Below are positions 33,912-46,737 of a DNA stretch of 64,000 bases, one piece after another. Under the pieces are notes generated by a model. It was given only the letters and a program-made list of their open reading frames with translations, did no database searches and had not been told where the DNA came from. The DNA lies in assembly GCA_963841915.1 (NCBI GenBank), contig CAWJEN010000006.1:1312001-1376000 (forward strand). The letters are read 5' to 3'. Both the position numbers and the translations under genes were made by a program. The number at the start of each line of letters is the position of its first letter. The first letter of the stretch is position 1. The stretch is from an uncultured Planctomycetota bacterium. GTDB lineage: Bacteria; Planctomycetota; Phycisphaerae; Tepidisphaerales; Tepidisphaeraceae.

Positions 33912-35708
33912 ATGAGCCGACCGAACGACCCGCAGCCCGATCTGATTCCCGCCACCGGCACGATTGTCAAGCAGACAGCTCTTGCCCTGCTGATCCTGGG
34001 CGGCGCGGGGGTATGTCTCTTTGCCGCAGCCGACCGATTTGCGGCCTTTGAGCAAGTTCAGGACGCCAAGCGGGACAGCCGCCCGCGCGTCAACCGCACG
34101 CTCCCGATCGACGGTGACACCATTGCGGTCGACCAGGCGTCGTTCCGCGCCGAGCTGTTCCTGCCGGTTGTCGGTGCGGGCGTCGACGCCGCAACGCTCT
34201 TGCCCCAGGCCGTGCGGCTGGTCGACGACGCGACGGGCGCACAGCTGCCCGGCCGCCTCAGCGTCGCCGCCGACGGGGGCAGCGTTTCACTCACGCCCGA
34301 CGTCGCGCTTCAGCCCGGCACAACCTACCGCTTCGAGATCACCGGCGAGCTACTCGACACCGAGGGGAACGCATTTATCCCCTACGTCAGCGTCATCCGC
34401 ACGGGCAAGGGCTCGCCGCGAGCCCAGACCAACGCTTCCATCGCCTACGAACTCGAAGGCACGATCGGCCAGCTCGACCGTTCAATCTTTACCGCACTCG
34501 CATGGGGCCCGGGCACGACTGGCGGGCGCGATCTCTTCGCCGCCACTGCCGATGGTCGCATCTTTCGCTACGACATCGCCTCCGACGGCTTGCCCGTTGA
34601 GGTGGCCATGATCTCGACCATGCTTGCCAGCAACGGTGGGCCACGCCTCGTCACTGGCATGGCCTTCGACCCGAACGACCCGAGCACGCTCTGGGTCAGC
34701 CACATGACGATGGCCCTCACCGGGGCGGACGATTTTACCGGAAAACTCTCCACACTCAGCGGCCCGGCCTTCGACCTCTACGCCGACCGCGTCGTCGGCT
34801 TGCCCAGAGCCTTTAAAGATCACGGCAACTTCGGACTCGCCTTCGCACCCGATCGCCCTGATTCGCTGTACCTCAGCCAAGGCTCCAACACCGGTCACGG
34901 CGGACGCGACAGCAAGTGGAACTATCGCCCCGAACGCCCGCTGACCGCTGCGATGTTGCACGTCGATCTTGCCGCGCTGCCGACGGACGGCCCGCTCGAT
35001 GTCTCGACGCCGACCGACGCAGAGAGCCCATTTGCCGGTGGCTCCTACGACCCGACCGCTGACGGTGCGGCGGTGACGGTGCACGCGACCGGCATCCGCA
35101 GCGGGTACACGCCGATCTTCCATTCTTCAGGAAAACTACTCGTTGCCATCAACGGCGCCGGCGCAGGTGGGAACACGCCACCTGTGCGAGACGACAACAA
35201 CACCGTCGTTGAAGGCCCGCTTATGGCAATCGGCTCGACCACCCCCGACACGCTGGCCGACGTCACGAAGCCCGGCACCTACCACGGCCATCCCAATCCC
35301 TTCCGGGGCGAAGACGTGCTGATGGGCGGCAACCCGACCGACAGCGTCGACCCGTTCGAGATCAGCGCATACCCCGTCGGCATCGCCGCAGAGCCAAACT
35401 TCGCCAAGCCCGTCTTCGACTTCGGTCGCGGGTACAGCGTCAACGGCCTGGCCGAGTCGAAGGCGGATGTCTTCGACGGCACGATCAAGGGCGACCTCTT
35501 TGCCGCCCGCTACAGCAGCGGTGACGACGTCGTCCTGCTCGACCTCGACGAGGCGGGCAACGTGCTCAGCATGCACACCGGCATCAACGGCCTGACCAAC
35601 CTCGGCTCGCCGCTGAACATCCTCGAAGACCCAGATACCGGCCGACTGTTTATCACTGAGGCCGACACGAACTCGCTGCGCGTCTTCCGGCCTGTCAAAC
35701 CCGAGTGA
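33912..35708 (+). CDS. secreted protein with Ig-like (Big_5/SbsA-like) domain and glucose/sorbosone dehydrogenase-like beta-propeller
   Basis: Signal/TM; LTPDVALQPGTTYRFEIT..LLDTEG; VVGLPRA.KDH, LYLSQGSNT, HATGIRSGY, YHGHPNP. Confidence 0.75.
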   Translation: MSRPNDPQPDLIPATGTIVKQTALALLILGGAGVCLFAAADRFAAFEQVQDAKRDSRPRVNRTLPIDGDTIAVDQASFRAELFLPVVGAGVDAATLLPQAVRLVDDATGAQLPGRLSVAADGGSVSLTPDVALQPGTTYRFEITGELLDTEGNAFIPYVSVIRTGKGSPRAQTNASIAYELEGTIGQLDRSIFTALAWGPGTTGGRDLFAATADGRIFRYDIASDGLPVEVAMISTMLASNGGPRLVTGMAFDPNDPSTLWVSHMTMALTGADDFTGKLSTLSGPAFDLYADRVVGLPRAFKDHGNFGLAFAPDRPDSLYLSQGSNTGHGGRDSKWNYRPERPLTAAMLHVDLAALPTDGPLDVSTPTDAESPFAGGSYDPTADGAAVTVHATGIRSGYTPIFHSSGKLLVAINGAGAGGNTPPVRDDNNTVVEGPLMAIGSTTPDTLADVTKPGTYHGHPNPFRGEDVLMGGNPTDSVDPFEISAYPVGIAAEPNFAKPVFDFGRGYSVNGLAESKADVFDGTIKGDLFAARYSSGDDVVLLDLDEAGNVLSMHTGINGLTNLGSPLNILEDPDTGRLFITEADTNSLRVFRPVKPE

Positions 35709-35777
35709 AGCCGACCTGCGCTGCGCCGCGGCGGCCAAATCTGGGCGGCCGACGGCGGCCGTTGGGGTTGAGCCCGA

Positions 35778-35793
35778 TGTTCCACGTGGAACA
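35778..35793. promoter_or_regulatory. parS site 1
   Basis: Perfect palindrome TGTTCCACGTGGAACA, extended to CCGA..TCGG (35774-35797). Confidence 0.85.
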
Positions 35794-35845
35794 TCGGCCG
35801 AGCCTCGATTGCCGTACGTGGCGAGGGTTTCTCACGCTCGCCGAA

Positions 35846-35861
35846 TGTTCCACGTGGAACA
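35846..35861. promoter_or_regulatory. parS site 2
   Basis: Identical TGTTCCACGTGGAACA starting 68 bp after site 1. Confidence 0.85.
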
Positions 35862-36030
35862 ATTTGCTCCAAATCGTACTGAAAAGTGCGACACGTGTCG
35901 TCGGCGGCGCGGTTTGGGTGCGACAAGAATTCCGCTCCTCGTGCGCTGCGGGTCGTCGCCGACAACGCACATTGCGACTCATTGAGCAAACTCGGTCGTT
36001 CTGTCACGCCCGCTTACCGTAGGGTCGATT

Positions 36031-36690
36031 GTGACCACCGACGCCCGCTTCAGCGGCCAATCCGCCGCCGAGGAGAAGGCCAACGTGCTCACCCACGGCA
36101 TCGGTGCAGTCTTCGCCCTCGTCGGCATCATCGCCATGCAGGTCTTCGCCACGCCCGGCACGACGTTGCAACGCGCGACGCTGCTCGTCTTCGGGGTCAC
36201 GCTACTGCTGACCTACACCGCCTCGACCGGCTTCCACCTCGCCGCCCAATCCACGTCTCGTGGCAAATGGCGGCTGCTCGATCACGTCTCGATCTACACC
36301 CTCATCGCAGGCACCTACACGCCGCTCATGCTCGTGGGTTTGGGCGGCTTCTGGGGCAAACTCGTCTTTTTCGTCGTCTGGTCGCTGGCGCTCATCGGCA
36401 TCGTCGCCAAGACGCTGCTCGTGGGTCGCTTCGACGCCTTCGACAAGGTCGACACGCTGCTCTACGCAGTCATGGGCTGGCTCATCGTCATCGCCATCGT
36501 GCCAACCTTCCAGGCGCTCAGCGCGACGGGCCTGTGGCTGCTGCTCGCCGGTGGCATCAGCTACACGGGCGGGACGTACTTCTTCCTGAACAACCAGATC
36601 CGCTACAGCCACGCCATCTGGCACGGCTTCGTCCTCGGCGGCAGCGCGCTGCACTTTGCCGCCGTCTGGATCGAAGTGGTTCGGCGGTAG
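36031..36690 (+). CDS. hemolysin III / PAQR family membrane protein
   Basis: EEKANVLTHGIG, ASTGFH, LDHVSIYTLIAGTYTP, LYAVMGW, HAIWHGFVLGG..HF. Confidence 0.95.
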   Translation: MTTDARFSGQSAAEEKANVLTHGIGAVFALVGIIAMQVFATPGTTLQRATLLVFGVTLLLTYTASTGFHLAAQSTSRGKWRLLDHVSIYTLIAGTYTPLMLVGLGGFWGKLVFFVVWSLALIGIVAKTLLVGRFDAFDKVDTLLYAVMGWLIVIAIVPTFQALSATGLWLLLAGGISYTGGTYFFLNNQIRYSHAIWHGFVLGGSALHFAAVWIEVVRR

Positions 36691-36776
36691 CCCTCAGGGT
36701 CAACGCGGAGCAAGCTCCGCGGCTACCCCAGACACTCCAGTACGCAGGCGCAGGCTACAGATGAAGTTGACTTGCT

Positions 36777-37445
36777 CTAGAGGCGAATCGCGAAATTGAT
36801 GCCGAGGTTGAGCGTCGTGATGTCTTCAGTACGGAGAAGCAGCGTCGGATTCGGCGATGCGAGGTCGTGAAACGCGACGTTGAGGCTCGCGTTGGCACCG
36901 AGGCTGAGGCGATCGGTCAGGTAGACGTCGAGCCCGCCGACGCCGCGGACCGCGAGCGCTCGGTCCGATGAGTCGCCGAAGCGGCCAGCATCGATGTCGG
37001 CGTTAGAGAAGCCGACCCCGCCGCCGAGGTACGGCCGCAGCCGGCTCTGCCCGAGGCCGACGACGCCGTTGACGGTGAAGGTGCTCACCGCAAGGTCGTA
37101 ATCGACTGTCTCGAAGAACGGCCCACCCGGGTCGGCGTTGGGCACGATGAAGGCGGCGTCGCCGGTGACGTGGCTGCCGGCGGCGAAGAGGCGGATCATG
37201 AGGGCATCGCGTTGTGCTTCGGCGCCGACGTTGAGGAAGCCGCCGATGTTGTTGTCCTCGAAGTCGCCGATGCCGCCGGCGTCGAACACGACGGGCACGA
37301 TCGGGCCGGCGGCGGCGTAGAAGTCGACGTTCCCGAAGCCGCCGCTGCCCGCGTCCGATGACACAGCCTGCCCCGCAGCCGGCGCGGCGGCAAGGGCGAG
37401 GACGCCACCCAACAACATCACCTTGTTCGCACGAAGCTTCGTCAT
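36777..37445 (-). CDS. outer membrane beta-barrel protein
   Basis: Signal peptide, LRPYLGGGVG, amphipathic strands, terminal strand LNLGINFAIRL. Confidence 0.75.
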   Translation of the reverse strand: MTKLRANKVMLLGGVLALAAAPAAGQAVSSDAGSGGFGNVDFYAAAGPIVPVVFDAGGIGDFEDNNIGGFLNVGAEAQRDALMIRLFAAGSHVTGDAAFIVPNADPGGPFFETVDYDLAVSTFTVNGVVGLGQSRLRPYLGGGVGFSNADIDAGRFGDSSDRALAVRGVGGLDVYLTDRLSLGANASLNVAFHDLASPNPTLLLRTEDITTLNLGINFAIRL

Positions 37446-37490
37446 GCAGCCGAACCTATCGGCAACGGGCCGGAATGCAACGATGCGCCG

Positions 37491-38774
37491 TCACGCCGCG
37501 ATCATGTGCACGTCCCGCTGCGGGAACGGGATCGAAATGCCGTCGCGGTCGAAGCGTTGCTTCACGAGCTTGTGCAGATCCCAGTAAACGGGCCAGTAGT
37601 CATCGGTCTTGACCCACGGGCGGCAGATGAGGTTGATGCTCGAGTCGCCGTGGGCGGTCACGCGAATGTTCGTCGCCGGCTCGTCGAGCACAAGCGGATG
37701 CTCGCGGCAGACGTCAGCCAGCGCGCTCATGACCGCGTCGAGGTCGTCGTCGTAGCCGACGCCGAACGTCATGTCGACGCGTCGCGTGGGCAGTGCCGTG
37801 AGATTGGTGATGGTTTCGCCCCAGATGTTGTTGTTCGGGACGATGATGCGGCGGTTGTCGAAGGTGAGGATCGTGGTCGAGACGAGGCTCATCGCGTCGA
37901 CCTTGCCGCTGACGCCTGCCGCGACATCGACGGTGTGGCCGACGTCGTAGGGGCGGTACATGAGAATGAGGATGCCGCTGGCAAAGTTGCTCAGCGTGCC
38001 TTGCAGCGCGAGGCCGACGACGAGCCCCGCCGCACCGATGGCAGCGACGAGCGGGCCGATGTTCACGCCCAGAAAACTGAGCGCGACCACGAATCCGACC
38101 ACCATGACGAGCTTGGCCACGAGTCCGCCGAGAAAGTTGACGAGCAGCTTGCTGGCCCCGCGGAAGTTGCCGAGCGTCTTACGCGTCAGCCGACCGAGGA
38201 TGCGCGACAGGATGAACGCCAGCACCAGAATGACGATGAAGTAGACGATCGCCAGCCCGACCGCGATGCCGCCCTCGGTGTCGACGAGCCACGCCCGCGT
38301 GGCGGGCCAGAGTGCTTCGACGTCGTACGCATCGAGGTCGGGCCGCGTGACGCTGGCGTAGTAGTCGCGCATGGCCTTGCTGTCGCCGCCTTTGTCGTCG
38401 AACGTCTGGAGTACGACTTCGGTGCGGTCGGCAATGCGGTCCTGACGAAGGACAAGCTCGGCGGCATCGGCAAGCAGCGCTCGCCGGGCGGCACCGTCGG
38501 CCTCGCGCGCGGCGAGGCGCGTCCGGCTGATCTCGCCGACGATGTCCCGCAGCCGGCCCACCCAAGCCGTCGCCACAGGCTCCAATTCCTCGGCATCGAG
38601 CGGCCGCAGCATGAGGTTGAGCTCGTCGACATCGACTCCGTCCCCCGCCGTCGCCGCATCGGGAAGCGCGGGCAAGGTCGTCGCCTCCGTCTCCTGCGCG
38701 GCGAGCGGCGCGGACACGTTGAGCAACACCAACCAAGCAACAACAGCAAGCCGCATGAACGGCTTATCGGACAT
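37491..38774 (-). CDS. mscS: small-conductance mechanosensitive channel with N-terminal extension
   Basis: AAIGAAGLVVGLALQGTLSNFASG, RPYDVG, IVPNN, RRVDMTFGVGY, GISIPFPQRDVH. Confidence 0.93.
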   Translation of the reverse strand: MSDKPFMRLAVVAWLVLLNVSAPLAAQETEATTLPALPDAATAGDGVDVDELNLMLRPLDAEELEPVATAWVGRLRDIVGEISRTRLAAREADGAARRALLADAAELVLRQDRIADRTEVVLQTFDDKGGDSKAMRDYYASVTRPDLDAYDVEALWPATRAWLVDTEGGIAVGLAIVYFIVILVLAFILSRILGRLTRKTLGNFRGASKLLVNFLGGLVAKLVMVVGFVVALSFLGVNIGPLVAAIGAAGLVVGLALQGTLSNFASGILILMYRPYDVGHTVDVAAGVSGKVDAMSLVSTTILTFDNRRIIVPNNNIWGETITNLTALPTRRVDMTFGVGYDDDLDAVMSALADVCREHPLVLDEPATNIRVTAHGDSSINLICRPWVKTDDYWPVYWDLHKLVKQRFDRDGISIPFPQRDVHMIAA

Positions 38775-38880
38775 TGCGGGCGACGGCGGTAATTTTTACG
38801 ACCGCCAACCTCGCCCGCGATGGCGTCCGCGAAGTCTGTCGTAGCAAGCGACGATGCAACGCGATGTTCGGAACGAACTG

Positions 38881-38950
38881 CGAGCCCCGACTGTGAGGGA
38901 GCGGGTTCTGGTACGACGACCACAACCCGCTCCCTCACGGTCGCGGCTCG
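38881..38950. repeat. REP-like inverted repeat downstream of gyrB
   Basis: CGAGCCCCGACTGTGAGGGAGCGGGTT ... AACCCGCTCCCTCACGGTCGCGGCTCG, near-perfect arms of about 27 bp. Confidence 0.8.
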
Positions 38951-38968
38951 CCAAGCTTGAGCACCGGC

Positions 38969-42572
<3,604 letters not shown>

Positions 42573-42617
42573 AAGCCGAATTGCATCCGCCGGCCGCGCG
42601 CGACAGCATGGGCAGGC

Positions 42618-43661
42618 ATGCCCGGGACCATGACGCCTGCCGACACGCTGCGCACCGGCAGCCTGCTGACCATTGCCGCCCTCCTGGCGCTGGCGGCGAT
42701 GCACTTGCTGGCCGACGTGCTCGTGCCGTTCGTTCTGGCGGCGTTCGGGGCGATGCTGCTCAACCCGCTCGTCGACGCGCTGATCCGCCGCTACCGCTGG
42801 CCGCGACCGGTGGCGGTCGGGGCGACGTTCCTCACCGGCACGCTGCTGCTGACGAGCATCATCTACGCAGTCGCCTCACCGGCGGCCGGCGCGGCAGAAA
42901 GCCTGTTCGAATACGGCAGAAGCCTTGAGAAAAGCGTGGCCAACGGCCTGGCCAACCTGCCCTTCGACCTGCCGCCCGCTTGGGAAGCCGAGGCGTACAC
43001 CTGGGCGAGCGATTTCGAGCGGTCTCAGCTGTTGCCCTACATCGGCGCGGCGGGTGGCGGCGTGCTCTCGATGCTTAGCGACGCCGGACTCATTCTCGTC
43101 TTTCTGCTGTTTCTTCTGCTGGGCCGCGGGGACCGGCCGGTACCGGCCGAGTCGACACGCGGCCGCATCGAGCGACGTGTGCAGGCTTATCTTGCCGTCA
43201 CGCTCGCCGTCAGCGCCGCCACGGGACTGCTCGTCGGTTTCTCGCTCTGGATCCTGGGCGTGCGACTGGCGTGGGTCTTCGGCGCCGCCGCCTTTGTGCT
43301 CAACTTCATTCCCGTCGTCGGCTCGGCGCTGGCGACGCTCCTGCCGATCCCGTTCATCCTCTTCGGCCAGGAGTTGTCGACGCCCGTCATCGTCGCCGCG
43401 ATCGGCGTACCGGCGGCGATTCAATTCGTGCTGGGCAACATCCTGGCGCCCAAGCTGCTCGGCGACGCGCTGCAGTTGTCACCGGTAGCTGTCATGCTCG
43501 GCCTCATCCTGCTCGGAGCGATCTGGGGGTTGCCGGGCATGGTCCTGTCGACGCCATTGCTGAGCGTGTTCGCCATTGCCGTCGATCGCTCTGCTGAGGG
43601 CGTGCCGATGCTCCGCCCGCTGGGCGACTGGCTCGCAGGCCGAACTGCAAGAGCGGCTTAG
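42618..43661 (+). CDS. AI-2E family transporter
   Basis: Multi-TM; LNFIPVVGS, QFVLGNILAPKLLG..LQLSP, WGLPGMVLSTPL. Confidence 0.92.
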   Translation: MPGTMTPADTLRTGSLLTIAALLALAAMHLLADVLVPFVLAAFGAMLLNPLVDALIRRYRWPRPVAVGATFLTGTLLLTSIIYAVASPAAGAAESLFEYGRSLEKSVANGLANLPFDLPPAWEAEAYTWASDFERSQLLPYIGAAGGGVLSMLSDAGLILVFLLFLLLGRGDRPVPAESTRGRIERRVQAYLAVTLAVSAATGLLVGFSLWILGVRLAWVFGAAAFVLNFIPVVGSALATLLPIPFILFGQELSTPVIVAAIGVPAAIQFVLGNILAPKLLGDALQLSPVAVMLGLILLGAIWGLPGMVLSTPLLSVFAIAVDRSAEGVPMLRPLGDWLAGRTARAA

Positions 43662-43838
43662 ACGATCCCGTTTAACGCTTGTTGAACAGAGCACGTCAGT
43701 CTGCCGCCCTAACAAAAGACGCGGCACGCCACGACGTCTTGTCGCGCCAGGGGCGACAGCGCGGGCCGGCACGGCGCGCGCGGCTACAAACGGTCGAGCA
43801 CTACAGGTTGTGGATCGCGTCAGCCGCCGAGGCGTTCG

Positions 43839-45002
43839 GTGGTGAACCGACCGCCCCGTGCCCGCACCGCTTCCATGCCACGTCGAGCCGCACCATCCGC
43901 CGCCTCCGCCGCAAAGGCCGCCCCTAACACAGGACGGCATCGGCACCACATCGACGTCGAAACCGATGAGCCCGAGGTCCACGTCTCGATCGGCCAACGC
44001 CCCGCCGCGGCCGTGCCGGGTGGGTTCGCCAAGTTCTTCAACCGCGTCATCGACAATGGCTTGTGGTCGCAAATGCCCGACGCGGCGCGAACCGTCTACC
44101 TGCCGCTCGTTCGCCTTGCCGACGGCAGCGGGCGCGGGCCGATGCGGGCGCGATGCGGCCTGGCCGGACTCATCAAGCACACCGGCCTCAGCCGCTCGAG
44201 CGTCAAGCGGGGGCTGCGCGCGCTGCAGGATCTGCGACTGATCGTCGTCGTCAGCCAGGGCGGCGTCGGGGCCGATGGCGTCAACCGGACCAACGTTTAC
44301 GAACTGCTGGTTCCCGAGCCGGCGGATGTCACATCTGTGACATCCGCACCCACAGGGTCGGTCCAGCAGCGGACCCCCTCCCGGTCCAAGGCTGAACCGG
44401 CAGCCGGTCCGACCGCGGCCACACCGCCGGGTCAGCGACAGGCCGGAACCGGGGCCACAGGCAGACCCCTTCTAAGAGGCTCTTCCCAAACTCATAACCC
44501 AGAGGCGAGCGGGGGCCAGGTGGCTGCGCCTGGAGAGAGCACGGAGGCCGACGCGTTGGCCGAGCGGTTCGCCGCCTTCGAGTCCGACGCCGGTGACAAC
44601 GGCCGACTGGTCGCGATGCTCGGCCGCTGGGGTATCGGCGAGTCCGACGCGTCCCGGCACCTTGCCACCTTCGGCCGCCCTGCCGTGATCAAGGCGCTCG
44701 ACGATGCCCGCGACCTGCACGCCAAGGGCAAGCTTCGCAGCCCGAGCGGCTTCATCGCGTGGCGGTTGAACGAACTGGCACCGGCCGAGAAGCCGGCACC
44801 CGAACCGGCCGCGCCCGTCGCCCCGCCGACGGCCGACGGCGATATCATCGACGAACTCGCCGACGACGTGCTCGATCGGTTGGCCGCCTCGGTCCGCGCG
44901 CGGTACGCGGCCGACGCGTCGATGATCCGTTTGCTCACGAAGAAGCCGCCACGTCAGTCGCCGCTGATGCGTGCGGAGGTTGAGGCGTTGTTAAAGGGGT
45001 GA
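43839..45002 (+). CDS. winged-HTH protein resembling phage/plasmid replication initiators
   Basis: N-terminal ARTVYLPL...GLAGLIKHTGLSRSSVKRGLRALQDLRLI...TNVYEL; low-complexity linker; C-terminal LRSPSGFIAWRL motif. Confidence 0.7.
   Translation: MVNRPPRARTASMPRRAAPSAASAAKAAPNTGRHRHHIDVETDEPEVHVSIGQRPAAAVPGGFAKFFNRVIDNGLWSQMPDAARTVYLPLVRLADGSGRGPMRARCGLAGLIKHTGLSRSSVKRGLRALQDLRLIVVVSQGGVGADGVNRTNVYELLVPEPADVTSVTSAPTGSVQQRTPSRSKAEPAAGPTAATPPGQRQAGTGATGRPLLRGSSQTHNPEASGGQVAAPGESTEADALAERFAAFESDAGDNGRLVAMLGRWGIGESDASRHLATFGRPAVIKALDDARDLHAKGKLRSPSGFIAWRLNELAPAEKPAPEPAAPVAPPTADGDIIDELADDVLDRLAASVRARYAADASMIRLLTKKPPRQSPLMRAEVEALLKG
44322..44469. repeat. 26-bp palindrome followed by five 23-bp-period iteron-like repeats inside the HTH gene
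   Basis: GCGGATGTCACA-tc-TGTGACATCCGC (44322-44347); CGGTCC/CGGTCC/CGGTCC/CGGGTC/GGGGCC at 44359, 44382, 44405, 44428 and 44451. Confidence 0.6.
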
Positions 45003-45005
45003 GCT

Positions 45006-45160
45006 CGAAGAAACGCGAAGGCGCTAAAGGGCGAGGTCGGAGTGAAGTTCAGATGGAGCGTGAAGATGGTCCAGAAGCCGCGTCACAACCGTGACGCGGC
45101 TTCTGGGTCCTCTTCGATTTCTGACCTTCGCTCCGTCTTCGCGCCTTCGCGATTCTGGCG
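45006..45160. repeat. long imperfect hairpin with an inner perfect stem; probable terminator or REP-like element
   Basis: Inner CCAGAAGCCGCGTCAC-aacc-GTGACGCGGCTTCTGG (45071-45106); outer arms CGCGAAGGCGC..GCGAGGTC and GACCTTCGC..GCGCCTTCGCG. Confidence 0.7.
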
Positions 45161-45171
45161 AAGACGCATAC

Positions 45172-46176
45172 TCAAGCCGCGGCAGCGGTGGCCATTTCGT
45201 CTTGCTTCTGGGCCATCTGATCCCGCAGGCGGGCGATGATCGACGAGTGCATCTGGCTGACGCGCGACTCGCTGAGGTCGAGCGTCGCACCGATTTCCTT
45301 CATCGTCATCTCTTCGAAGTAGTAGAGCGTGACGATGAGTCGTTCGGCCCGGCTCAGGCCCTTTTCCATGAGCTGCTTGAGGTCTTTCCTCTGCATCTCA
45401 CGGACGGGGTTGTCGGTGTTTCGGTCTTCGAGAACGTCGATCTCGCGGACGTCCTTGTTCGAGTCGGTCTCGTACCACTTGCGGTTGAGGCTGACAACGC
45501 CGGTGGCTTGGGCGTCCTTGGAGATCTTCTCGAACTCCTCCATGTCGACTTCCATCTTGTCGGCCAGCTCTTCGCGCGTGGGCTGGCGGCCGAGCGAGAC
45601 TTCGAGGGCCTTTGTGGCGGTGTCGAGCTTGTGCGCGCGGCTGCGGACGAGACGCGGCACCCAGTCCATGCTGCGAAGCTCGTCGAGCATCGCACCTTGC
45701 ACGCGGCGGGCGCAGAAGGTTTCGAACTTGACGTCGACGTCGAACTTGAACTGATCGATCGCGTCCATCAGGCCGAAGATGCCGGCGCTGATGAGGTCCT
45801 CGATGTCGACTTCATTGGGAAGTTTGGCATAGACCCGGTCGGCGTTGAAGCGGACCAGATGGAGGTAAGCCTCCATGAGGATGTTGCGACATTGCTCGTC
45901 GCCGCTGGCCTGGTAGTGAATCCAGACACCGGCAAGGTCCTGGCGGTCCGTGCGGACGCGGATGCCGGGCGGCAGGTCGTCGACGAGCGGGAGCAGCGAC
46001 GCGGCCAGGTCGCGCTGGGCGGTCGTCGGGATGGCGCGGAGCGAGCGAACGCGGCCGCGATCATCGCGGAACGGCTTTTCGTTCTTCTCGGCGGGCGTGT
46101 CGCGACGCACAGTGTTACCTGAGCCGGCTTGCGTCGGGCGGGTGCGTCGCGGCGTGGCGGTGGCAGTGGATGACAT
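45172..46176 (-). CDS. fliA: RNA polymerase sigma-28 factor FliA/WhiG
   Basis: DLISAGIFGLMDAI..F....VKFETF...RVQGAMLDELRSMDWVPR, LYYFEEMTMKEIG..LSESRVSQMH. Confidence 0.96.
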   Translation of the reverse strand: MSSTATATPRRTRPTQAGSGNTVRRDTPAEKNEKPFRDDRGRVRSLRAIPTTAQRDLAASLLPLVDDLPPGIRVRTDRQDLAGVWIHYQASGDEQCRNILMEAYLHLVRFNADRVYAKLPNEVDIEDLISAGIFGLMDAIDQFKFDVDVKFETFCARRVQGAMLDELRSMDWVPRLVRSRAHKLDTATKALEVSLGRQPTREELADKMEVDMEEFEKISKDAQATGVVSLNRKWYETDSNKDVREIDVLEDRNTDNPVREMQRKDLKQLMEKGLSRAERLIVTLYYFEEMTMKEIGATLDLSESRVSQMHSSIIARLRDQMAQKQDEMATAAAA

Positions 46177-46446
46177 GAAGTCTCCCGGTCCGTGGGAACC
46201 TCGTAACGAGGTCGAAGGCGCCGCTTGAGCGGCAAGAAGCAAAACCGGCGGATCCATCCGCAGCGGCCGTGTGCCAGTGTACCGAAGTCAACCGCAACGC
46301 CAAGTCCTACGCGGGGGAAAACTGCGGGTTCGATAACACCATGCCTCTCAAGGCTGGCAACGCCGCGGCTAACGGACGACTCGTGACAAGCTGTAAGATT
46401 CTGCTGTAGATGCCGTGGATCGTTTGCCGAATGGCGCGGAAAACGC

Positions 46447-46725
46447 TCAGCCCACCGTGGGAATTTCTTCCTGTTCCAGCGCTGCCCGCTTCTCGGCGAG
46501 CGTGCGACGGGCGTCGGCGAGCTTGGCGGCGTCGCGGTCCAGACTTTCGCGCACCATCCGCTCGGCCATTAGGCCGACGACAAAGCCGACGATGAACGTC
46601 ACGCCCAGGCCGACCAGCGCGCGAAGGACGGCCGTCTCCAGCGTGTTGTCACCCACCAACACGCCGGCCATCAGGCAGCAGGCAAAGGCGATGAGGGACA
46701 GCGTGCCGGCGATACGGGCGGCCAT
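46447..46725 (-). CDS. small two-TM membrane protein in the flagellar operon
   Basis: 92 aa with two hydrophobic helices, co-oriented between flhG and fliA. Confidence 0.75.
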   Translation of the reverse strand: MAARIAGTLSLIAFACCLMAGVLVGDNTLETAVLRALVGLGVTFIVGFVVGLMAERMVRESLDRDAAKLADARRTLAEKRAALEQEEIPTVG

Positions 46726-46737
46726 GGGTGCTTTGGA

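Noticed and set aside
43662..45171. Prophage, integrated plasmid, or DnaA-box oriC around the initiator-like gene
   Set aside because: No integrase, att repeats, structural or partition genes; only one weak DnaA-box-like match (TGTGGATCG near 43810).
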